From Mayamaea pseudoterrestris (Eukaryota), in contig BROI01000001.1 of the NCBI GenBank assembly GCA_027923505.1, forward strand, positions 558,001 to 622,000: a DNA stretch of 64,000 nt, written 5' to 3'. Position 1 is the first letter of the stretch; each line of letters opens with the position of its first letter. The notes under the pieces were generated by a model that saw only the letters and a list, made by a program, of their open reading frames with translations, ran no database searches and was not told the origin of the DNA. A program made the translations under genes and the position numbers. Positions 37,199 to 46,959 of the stretch are shown in pieces.

Positions 37199-39841
37199 AT
37201 GCCGCCGCACAAGCGACAGTGCAAGCTCCCCAAGTCTTCGAGCGTAGAAATGCTCGTGCAGCCAGAACCAGCGGCAGAGCAAGCGACCCTGCAGCTGAGC
37301 AAGTCGCAACTAATACACGACAAAAATTGGATGCGTCGCGTCCGTAGATTCAAGATTGCCATGGGTCCAAATAATACATTGGGAAAGAAGGGTTGCTCCG
37401 AAGTTTTATATTGGATTGGCTGTCAGTGTTTTTCTTTCAAACTCGGGCGAATGCCCCTCAGGCGACTGGAGTTGCTGGAGCAAGAAGGATTTGACTGGCC
37501 TCTTGACAAAGTGAATTGGATCGAAATGCTAACAGAATTGACTCAATTCAAGCATGATAACAAGACCTGCAATGTTCCTTTCAATGACGGACACAATTCA
37601 CTTGCCCTTTGGTTGGTTTTGATGCGAGTCAAGAAGGCGGCAGGCAAGCTGCCCATCGCGCACGTCGAGCAGTTAGAAGAGCTTGAAATTGATTGGGACT
37701 GGGTCCCATCGCCTCGAGTCTCTTCGCAAGACATTGGTAAAGACAAAAAGACAAAGTCCAAGAAGCAAGACGACATTGATGACCCTGATCATGTATCTCA
37801 TCACACCCGACGCGAATGGAAGTATTCGCTCAGTTTGCTCACAACCGCCCGGCGTGAAAACAAAGTGATTGGACCGAACCACAAACTGCATCATTGGCAA
37901 ATACGACAGCGCTCCCTATTTCGCATCGGCGATTTGAGTCGCGAGCGACTCGAAGCAATGATTGGCGCAGATTTTGTTTTCATTGCCCGTGGTCAGTCCA
38001 AAAAAGACTTGGAACACCAGGAGGCCATGAGTAAGCAGCTAGTTGCCTATTTTGACGAGCATGGGCATTGCAATGTTCCATTCAATGAGGGAAGCAATGC
38101 CTTGGCGCTCTGGCTCGAATGGTTGCGTATCACAAAGAATGCAGAGACTTTGGAGGAGAGTGTCTTGGACAAGTTGAATGGTCTTGGCGTTCAAATTGAC
38201 TGGAACTGGAGCGATCCCTCGCGTGTCGTCGATATGCAGCAGGAAGATGATGATGAAGACTCCAGCGACGATGAAAAGGAAGAACCAAGCGACTCCAACA
38301 ATGATAGAGGCCATGCCTTGGATACACAGAGTCCAAATGCTTGGGATGGCAAATTTGAAAGTCGCGTGATGGATCTGGAAGTGTATGCTCCTATGGTGGC
38401 CGCTCCGGCTCCTATTGCAGCTCCGACTCAGCGAGCTGCTGCGGATCCAGACGTTGTGGCCGGACTTTTTGCTTTTGGTGGAGCTGCAGCTGCTTCTTCT
38501 TTTGCAGCTCCCAGTGCTGCTCCTTTTATGGCCCCAGTTGTTGCTCATGTGGCGGCCACAGTTCATGGAAATTATGACGGAGATGGAGTGCGTAATGCTG
38601 CACGCCCACATGCGGTGGCTGCACTCGAGCTGGCAATGCACGTTCGCAAACGCAGCATTGAGACGCACAAGACACAAGGGGAGAGCGCGCAGAAAGCTAT
38701 GCATGCCGGAAAAAAGCAGCGCCAAGGAAGTTTTGATGATGGGGCAGAAACCGAAGCCAATGATTCATGGAACGACAAGTACCAGCAGCTGAAAGAGTGT
38801 CAAAACGCTGTAACCTTGGCATTTGAGCTAGTCAAAGGATCGTCTCTTCAACGCTGGTGTGAAACACAGCAGGCCTTGTTTGCACGCCGTGAAGATGGCG
38901 ATTTGGAAGCGCTTTCAGCACAACGATTTCAACGACTCAAAGAGCTAGGCATTTGTTCCAAGCAGAAGGCTCCGCCGTTGCAAAACGCAGGATTTCGCGA
39001 AGCATTGCATCAGCGGTCTGCATTTGCTGCTGCTAGTGGTAGCTTGGGTTTGTTGGAAATGCACAATCAGAATCCTTTCCCTTTGTCGCGCAGCGATGGC
39101 CCTGGCAAAGCGGAGCAGACTGCTATTGCATTGGCATCTGCTAGTTTCAGGTCAGGTTTGCCGGAAATGCTCAATCAGATTCCTTTTCCTTTGTTGGGCA
39201 ACGTTGACCCTATCGACGCGGAGCAGATCACTTTTGCACCTGCGACTGCTAGCGATAGCTTGGGTCTGCCAGAAGCGCTCAATCAGAATCCTTTTACATT
39301 GTCAGGCAACGTTGGCCCTGGCGAAGCAGAGCAGACTGCTTTTGCATTGGCAACTGCTAGTGGTAGCTTGGGTTTGCCGGAAACGCTCAATCAGAATCCA
39401 TTTACTTTGTTGGGCAACATTGTCCCTGGGGAGCAGACTGCTCTTGCATCGGCGACTGCTGACATTCATCGCTCAAATTTAGATTTGCCGGTGCCAATTA
39501 TTTCATTGGTCAATGATGGAAATGTTGACCCAGAAGCGGAGCTGAAAGCCGCCGCCATGGCACATCTCTTTAACGGAGTGCTCCGTAACAGCTTGATCCA
39601 GGAAGCAATGAAAGCTTGGGGTGTTACTTCACCGGAAGATTTTTATTTCTTGTCTCCAGAATTTTTGGCTAGTCCACACCTCATTCAAGGACGAAACAAG
39701 ACGTTACCTCTCTTGCAGCAACTCCGCATTCTCGATTGCATTCGCTGGTCATTTGAGCAAGAAAACCAAGCCATTGAGACATGGTTTAACCTTGATGAGG
39801 CAGCCTTGCTCACCTTCCAGAGGCGCCGGTTTACCTCCTAA
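37199..39841 (+). CDS. Helicase-associated (HA) repeat protein with C-terminal ~38-aa repeats
   Basis: HA-like modules: FKHDNKTCNVP...LALWL...LEELEIDW; YFDEHGHCNVP...LALWL...KLNGLG; WNDKYQQL...LQRWCETQ...RLKELG. Four NQ(N/I)PFxL repeats near the C-terminus. Confidence 0.8.
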   Translation: MPPHKRQCKLPKSSSVEMLVQPEPAAEQATLQLSKSQLIHDKNWMRRVRRFKIAMGPNNTLGKKGCSEVLYWIGCQCFSFKLGRMPLRRLELLEQEGFDWPLDKVNWIEMLTELTQFKHDNKTCNVPFNDGHNSLALWLVLMRVKKAAGKLPIAHVEQLEELEIDWDWVPSPRVSSQDIGKDKKTKSKKQDDIDDPDHVSHHTRREWKYSLSLLTTARRENKVIGPNHKLHHWQIRQRSLFRIGDLSRERLEAMIGADFVFIARGQSKKDLEHQEAMSKQLVAYFDEHGHCNVPFNEGSNALALWLEWLRITKNAETLEESVLDKLNGLGVQIDWNWSDPSRVVDMQQEDDDEDSSDDEKEEPSDSNNDRGHALDTQSPNAWDGKFESRVMDLEVYAPMVAAPAPIAAPTQRAAADPDVVAGLFAFGGAAAASSFAAPSAAPFMAPVVAHVAATVHGNYDGDGVRNAARPHAVAALELAMHVRKRSIETHKTQGESAQKAMHAGKKQRQGSFDDGAETEANDSWNDKYQQLKECQNAVTLAFELVKGSSLQRWCETQQALFARREDGDLEALSAQRFQRLKELGICSKQKAPPLQNAGFREALHQRSAFAAASGSLGLLEMHNQNPFPLSRSDGPGKAEQTAIALASASFRSGLPEMLNQIPFPLLGNVDPIDAEQITFAPATASDSLGLPEALNQNPFTLSGNVGPGEAEQTAFALATASGSLGLPETLNQNPFTLLGNIVPGEQTALASATADIHRSNLDLPVPIISLVNDGNVDPEAELKAAAMAHLFNGVLRNSLIQEAMKAWGVTSPEDFYFLSPEFLASPHLIQGRNKTLPLLQQLRILDCIRWSFEQENQAIETWFNLDEAALLTFQRRRFTS

Positions 39842-40088
39842 TAACTTTGCTTGACGGTGTAGTACATGCGAGTCGCTCGCTGGCACATGTCCCCGTTTGG
39901 ATCGACGATATAGCAATACGTAAAATGCGTCATGTCATTCGTCGCAAGCTATCGGAAGAAAACGCAAATTCATAATGTAAACTGTTTAACAAATATATTT
40001 ATTACGCAAGCGTAGGTAAATCATCGACTAAAACAAAAGAGTCCACTTCGTCAGATTTTCGAGCCGCACCGCTTGACTCGCTTAACAA

Positions 40089-42195
40089 CTAAATCCTTGG
40101 CGACAAACTGCTTAGATTATGAAATGCGCTCGAAACAAAGGTTTCATCTGGCACACCTGTGTCTCGCTTTTGCTGCAAATAGTCGTCGCATGCATCAGCA
40201 ACTCCTCGTCCTTCGTTAATGGCCCAAACCACCAAACTTTGGCCTCGTCGGCAATCGCCAGCCGCAAAAACGCCTTCAATATTTGTTCGATAGTCGCCGT
40301 ACGTGGCCTGTATATTGTTGCGTTGGTCGATGTCAAGTTGCAGCTTATCAATAACGTAATTTTCGGGCGAAACAAACCCCATGGATAAGACGGCCAAGTC
40401 GCATGGCCATTCTCGCTCCGAACCTTCAACAGCTCGCGGGCCTTCCGATGTTATTTCAACGTCTTGCGTAACGAGTGCCTTAACGTTTCCATCCCCGTCG
40501 CCAATGAATTCCTTGGTCAAGACGCTGTACGTACGAGGATCCTTGCCAAAAACCGCCTGTACTTCCATGTGACCGTAGTCGACGCCATAGACGCGCGGCC
40601 ATTCTGGCCATGGATTGCTTGTTGCGCGACACATGGGCGGCTGTGGCATTAACTCAAAGTTGGTGACTGACTTGCACCGATGGCGCATGCTGGTGCCAAT
40701 GCAGTCTGTTCCAGTGTCGCCGCCTCCAATCACAATAACGTCCTTTCCAGCTGCCGTAATAAAATTTTCTTTCTCCCACTTTGATTCAAGCGCGCCCTCC
40801 TTGGTGAGCAGCAAACGTTTTTGGTTGTTTGTCAAGAATTCCTGTTGACACAAAAGTGAGTAGAGAATTGTGATGTGAGACGAGGCAAGGCTACGCACAC
40901 CTGCCGGCCGCGGCAGTGAGCAGTTCACGCGAACATACCATGGCAAAATGAACGCCCTTCAACTCCCGTCCTGGTACGGGCAAGTCACGTGGCTTGGTGG
41001 CGCCGACGGCAAGTACTACTGCATCATGCGCCGCTCGAAGCTCATCCACATCGACAGTTTGGCCAACGTCGGCATTCGTGACAAACTCGATGCCTTCCTC
41101 GCGCAGCAAGTTGACTCGACGATCCACCGTTTCCTTTTCTAGTTTCATGTTGGGAATTCCATACATTAAAAGTCCTCCGATTCGATCGCTCCGTTCATAG
41201 ACTGTAACCTTGTGCCCCATTTGGTTCAGTTGGTCGGCCGACGCCAAGCCGGACGGTCCCGATCCAACAACGGCCACTGTCATGCCTGTCCGTTCCATTG
41301 GAATGCGAGGAACAATCATACCTTCTTGCCAAGCTCGATCGACAATGCTGTATTCAATGTTTTTGATCGTGACTGGCATGTCAACGAGTCCAGCGACGCA
41401 GGAACCTTCGCACGGCGCTGGACAAACGCGTCCGGTGAATTCTGGAAAGTTGTTCGTCTTGTGCAGTCGCTCAATGGCATCCTGCCACTGTCCATTGTAA
41501 ACCAGATTGTTCCATTCGGGAATTAAGTTATTGACGGGGCATCCAGTATGCGTTTGACAAAAGGGCGTTCCGCAGTCCATGCATCGAGCCGCCTGCACCT
41601 TTCGCTCAAGTTCTGTATGTTTCAAAGAGTCTCCTTCCACCGGATTCAATTCCTCCCAATCCATAATGCGATCGAGAGGCTTGCGATATGGTTCCGGGTT
41701 GCGCTGATAGTTTAAAAAGCCGCGAAGCTTTTCGATCGACGAGTATGAACCGTCGCGACGCTTGACTCGAGGTTCGCTACAATGAAAAAGGAGCGAGTGA
41801 ACGAGTGAGTGAATGAATGAATGAGTGAACGAACGAATGAAGGAATGATCGATTAGATGGATGAATGAAAAAGCGCGCAAGGCTATACCGTAACTTTCAT
41901 GTATTGCAACTGCAGCAGTATAATCACTCTCACGGTCCAATCCGTCTCAGTTTCTCATTGTCCGCAATTACTCGCACATGTAGAAACACGCACGCACGAC
42001 AGCAAGCATTGCATATTTAACTCACTTGTCATGATCATAAATGTTTTCTCTCCATACTTCATGACGTCCGTCAGTGTCGAGCGGCGTTTCTTCCGCAACT
42101 TTGGGAGCAGAGCTACTCTTGGCGCGCAGTGCAGCTGAGACGGCATGGATGCGACGCGATACCACCCTCGATCGGGACAGTATCATCGTCATCAT
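40089..42195 (-). CDS. gltD: NAD(P)H-dependent glutamate synthase small (beta) subunit, 3 exons, predicted mitochondrial presequence
   Basis: [13 protein letters not shown]...[62 protein letters not shown] introns at 41777-42025 and 40842-40938. N-terminus is Arg/Ser/Ala-rich. Confidence 0.92.
41790..41870. repeat. Imperfect (GAAT/GAGT/GAAC)n microsatellite inside gltD intron 1
   Basis: gagtgaacgagtgagtgaatgaatgaatgagtgaacgaacgaatgaaggaatga. Confidence 0.85.
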
Positions 42196-43350
42196 GATCG
42201 TTTTATCAGTATGAGGTACTTCCAAAATTCTATTGAAGCTTGAGATGATTTGCGTTTCTGGTTGAAACTTGTGGATGCCGCGATCCGACGAGGAGCTTGC
42301 ATCAGAGGCGCGCCACCGCGGACGCAGCAAATTTACTGTTGAGGAAAGAGTACGAAATTTATTACCGGTGCGATTTAAGTTAAAACCGGTGCGGCATCAT
42401 GTCACGCTTGTTGGACGACGCAGACAAAATCGCGATTCATTCTTTGATAGCGCTTGCTCATCGGCACAATTAAAAGCCTTCCAAGTCCCTCTTGCTGTTC
42501 GTTTGCCGATCGTTTGACAGTCTCGAGGGGATATGCGTGTCAAGAAATGGCGCGGCGTGTAGCTTATGAACATCAGATGACAACATCGTGCATGCCCACG
42601 TACCTCTGCATCTTTCAGCCCGTCGTCATGACGCCATTGGAGTTTAAAATTTGAAGCCAAAGACGCAGCAGCAAAGCCATTAACAAAGAACGATGATCAA
42701 GACTTGATGCGACAGGCCGCCAATGATGATTTGCTACGGTACACGCGTTCAACTACCCATCCTGGGTCGACTGTTCGACCGATCGACTGCTTCTTCGTAC
42801 ATCCTAGATTGCACAGCTGTTGTTATACAACCGGCTAGACAAGATACATGTATGAGACTTTTAGCAAGAGACGTGTATCATTCTGGCATGACAACAAGAA
42901 GCCAGGACGACTGGTTGTTGCGCGCGTGACGCCGTGGCAAATCGTTGCAAAGACTCGAGGCAGCCAGAGGACGCGATGAAAGGTCAACGAAACTACATGC
43001 ACTGGCAGCAGAGGCAGCAAGAGTGTTTTTACTCGCTTTGGTGACACGATGGCTATTCATGACGGTTGGTAAATATCATGCCTAGGTCAATGGAGCGAGA
43101 CGCGAGACGCGAGACGCCATACTCAAACAAGCGCACTACTACTTGCGACTTGGGCATGCACCCAATTTGTTTGGGACGGCGGTCGTGGGCGCGGCGTCAA
43201 CGCTACCGTGTCTAATCCCTTAGACTAATATAGAACCACAATTGGCAAGGCTGCTAAACATTTATTATCTGATGCACCAAGTATTCACTAAACGCGTGCG
43301 TAATTAAAAAGTAGGGCATTGGCGAGATTCTCCGCCAGCGAACAACAATC

Positions 43351-44751
43351 TTAAGCACTTGTGTCAAGTTGAGCGCGGTTCTTCTTGCAACACGCAAAGA
43401 TGTTTCTAAAACGCGCTCTCTCTTGCTTGGCCTTAAGTTCTTGGAGTTCGACCATGATGTTGTTCATCGAAGCCATGATGATGTTGTTCATCGACATCGA
43501 TTCCTTGAGGAGATCGGACATCGATTCCTTGAGGAGATTGGGCATCGATTCCTTGAGGAGATTGGGCATCGATTCCTTGAGGAGATTGGGCATCGATTCC
43601 TTGAGGAGATCGGACATCGAATCCTTGAGGAGATCCACCAAGTTAGCCTCCAACGCACCAATGGCACGAGCAATGCCGTTAGAGTCAATCGGCTGCAAAG
43701 CTGGGGTACCTGTGAATAAGAGTGGGCGAGGACGTTAGAGGCGGCCAGACAAAGGAAGGCAGCGGAAACTGATGTACTCACCCCACGGCGCAACGTGCGG
43801 TTGAAAAAGAAGCGTTTTCGGTCTATGTTCAATTAACTCGAGATGCCAACCCGCAATCACTCCACTCTCGCACATCATGAGGTCTTTGCCATCACGAAAC
43901 GTGATGGCAAACGACGACCAACGAGATCCCTTGGCTACACCAATAATAGAACGAAGCGACGAAACGCTGGCCATGTGAATCGCTGGACATGTGACTCCAA
44001 GATCCTTCCAATTGCCAAAGAACGGTACGGTGAATTCATCGGCCTGAAAACTAGTACCCTTTAAGTACATGGCTTCGAACACGAGCTTGATCGGGTTGTT
44101 AGCAACCATCTCAGTTCCAATCAAGGAGACGCCATCGCGAATACGCAATGTGGTGACATGGCAAGTATTCACGAATGCGACAGGAACCGCAATGTTATTG
44201 AGCTCAAGTTCGAGCCGAACCGTCGCAATTGCTTCCCAGGTCGAAGGCTCCGGCTGGAAGCCGAACAAGCTCAGGACGGCCGTTCCTCCCAACCACTCGC
44301 GAGAACCGAAAGCCTTCTTCACACCAGATTTGGAAAAATAATCCTTTCCGCCGGTCAACCATAATTCACGCGTCGATGAAGTGATTGGGAGTCCGGCGAC
44401 CAAGGCAAGAGTCGACTCCAAATCTGCTTGGTACAGAACCGCTGATTCACCCTTTCGAACATACGCCTGTACGTACCCATGACCCACATGCTCCATGAAA
44501 GGACCAACCTTCACGTAGACTTCCTTATTAAAGGTCTCTTCCTCTTCCAAGTCCTCCTCTTCAGAGAATGCAACCAAAAGCTTGCTCGTGAGAAGAACGC
44601 GCGACTTGTTCTCAAAAAGATGGTTCATCTTGTTCATGGAGTCGGGGTCCATGCAAAGCTGCGCCAGTTCAGTGACTTGATTGCCTCGATCAAGCTTGCA
44701 TTGGTCATGCAGCGTGGCGTAGCATTCCATATCGATCTTCATGGTTGGCAA
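43351..44751 (-). CDS. Hypothetical protein, 2 exons, with C-terminal 8-aa tandem repeats and a coiled coil
   Basis: GT-AG intron 43710-43781 joins ...HVAPW-G to TPALQPID... in frame. Repeats read (D/N)LLKESM(P/S). Confidence 0.7.
43489..43637. repeat. 24-bp coding minisatellite, about 6 copies
   Basis: CATCGATTCCTTGAGGAGAT(TGGG/CGGA) repeated. Confidence 0.95.
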
Positions 44752-45254
44752 AGAATTGTGCGAGATGAATGCGATCGATGGATCTGCTTTTCGAGGATCT
44801 GCGAGAACAGAAAATTCCGTCGGTGAATCTTGGGATTGAAAAGCCTTTCTGCAGGGCCATATTCTTACTCATCGGCGTGTGCCACCAAAGGCTTTTCATC
44901 ATTTAAGTCACGTCAATGGACCAAAGCAGAAGCTATGACGTAGCTGATCTATGAAACGGCCTGAGGAGGCCCATCCATTCGCTTCGATGAACCAATTAAA
45001 ATTCTTGAGCAAGCACCTCTGGCGCATCTGGCAGATGATGCGCCGGGACAAACGTCCGGCTTAAAGAATGCTAGAGTATGACGAAGCCTGATCTAAGATA
45101 CGGCCTACTCCTATACACAGTATCACTGACCCGTACGAAGTAGGGTCCAGTGAGTACAAAGTTTCTCGATGTCTGTCCTCCTATTTACGACTAGGGTAAT
45201 GAAACTTCAACATGCAGAACCCTTCGGAATGCTGTATGTCACATCCATGGATTA

Positions 45255-45406
45255 CTTCAAACAACCACAAGGATCGCGCAAAACTGTACAATACTACTTG
45301 TTCCATGATATAGGAAGTATATATACGAGTACGCAGCACTTCAAACAACCACATTGATCGCGCAAAACTGTACAATACTTGTTAGCATAATATAGGAAGC
45401 ATATAA
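45255..45406. repeat. Direct repeat, ~83-bp period, 2 copies
   Basis: CTTCAAACAACCACA..GATCGCGCAAAACTGTACAATACT...ATATAGGAAG occurs twice. Confidence 0.85.
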
Positions 45407-45639
45407 CATATGCAGATACGGCGTGCCGGGACGTGAGTGAAAATTGAATCTGAACGGTATTTAGCTGCAAAGTGTTAGCGCAAACATCGTACTTTAGCTA
45501 TCTACTGTAAAGTAGAACTTTCTTTGACTACAAATACTTTATTACGGCTTGCAAGCCAGAATCATAGCCACCAATGCTATGTCATACTGCTACTCTTGCC
45601 TTAAAGCATGCAGCTAACTTTTGCTATACTGTAGGTGGC

Positions 45640-46030
45640 TTAAAGACCTCCATCGTTGTAAAAAACTTGGTAAACACCTTCATGCTCAATCTGCAACTGC
45701 GTGATGTTTGCAATTGCAGCAAATACTGGGCCATGCTTTTCAAGCTCATTGCGGAATACATCCTTGAGGATTGCCCACCGTTTAAATCTCCTGTTAATTG
45801 TCTCATGCCGCGCGCGTGCCTCGGCTTTCATCCTTTGATTGTCATTGTTCTGTCCAGTAGGTTTCAAAAAGAATTGCTCATTGTCCCTATACCCCCCATC
45901 AGCAACAAATCGTTCACCATATTCTCGGTCAAGATAGATCAAGCCATGCCTTGCAATGCGCAAGTCCGTCCATGACCCGCATGGATACAGTCCAGCAATC
46001 CAAACAATCCATCCAGTTTGTATACAGACT
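45640..46030 (-). mobile_element. 5'-truncated PIF/Harbinger-ISL2EU-like DDE transposase fragment
   Basis: Frame reads VCIQTGWIVWIAGLYPCGSWTDLRIAR...FVADGGY...ARARHETINRRFKRW, i.e. the second D and the E of a DDE_Tnp_4-type nuclease. The N-terminal part is replaced by satellite A. Confidence 0.8.
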
Positions 46031-46032
46031 GC

Positions 46033-46600
46033 TCAGTTTTGCAATACGGCCCCACACTACCTAGACTACAATAGCAGAGCTACCGTCAAAACCCACCAGT
46101 GCGCTACATGACCCACCAGTGCACTACATGCAGAGATACTGGTGGAGCAAAGGCTCTAGAGGTAATTGCATCAAAAGTGCAGCTGGTTCCTGGTAAGCGG
46201 CATGTATCTACTCAGCTATGCGATACGGCCCCACACTACCTTGACTACAATAGCAGAGCTACCGTCAAAACCCACCAGTGCACTACATGTCCCACCAGTG
46301 TACTACATGCAGAGGTACCAGCGGAGCAAAGGCTCTGGAGGTAATTGCATCGAAAGTGCAGCTGGTTCCTGGTAAGCCGCATGTATCTACTCAGCTATGG
46401 GATACGGCCCCACACACTACCTAGACTACAATACAGAGCTACCGTCAAAACCCACCAGTGGGCTACATGACCCACCAGTGCACTACATGCAGAGGTACCA
46501 TAGGAACAAAGGCTTTGGAGGTAATTGCATTGAAAGTGCAGCTGGTTCCTGGTAAGCCGCATGTATCTACTCAGTTATGCAATACGGCCCCACACTACAA
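46033..46600. repeat. Satellite A, ~179-bp monomer, about 3 copies
   Basis: ATACGGCCCCACACTACC...GAGCTACCGTCAAAACCCACCAGTG...GCAGCTGGTTCCTGGTAAGC repeats at ~46044, 46223, 46402 and 46582. Confidence 0.95.
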
Positions 46601-46959
46601 GCAGCAATGAAAGAGGTCTCAGTCGCACAGGTAACACGTCCGTCCGCGCAAGCCCCGGGGCAGTGCCACAGACCGTGAGGTCCCCTTGTCTGACATGCTT
46701 CACATGGGAGCATTGCCGCTGATCTGTTGTGGCGCAGCGGCAGTTTGAGTAACGCTGCGATAGTCTCGAATCACCAGCTATTCATGCCGTTCCAACGATA
46801 GCCATCAACCGCAACGGCAAGCAGCCCATGATGCAATCCAATATATATATACTATATGCATACACCCTTCTAACCATACTTCATTAGTGAAACTCTGTAT
46901 TGTAATCTATGCAATGCAAACATTACTCTTTCACTAATCAATCCCCCTACGTACCAGTA

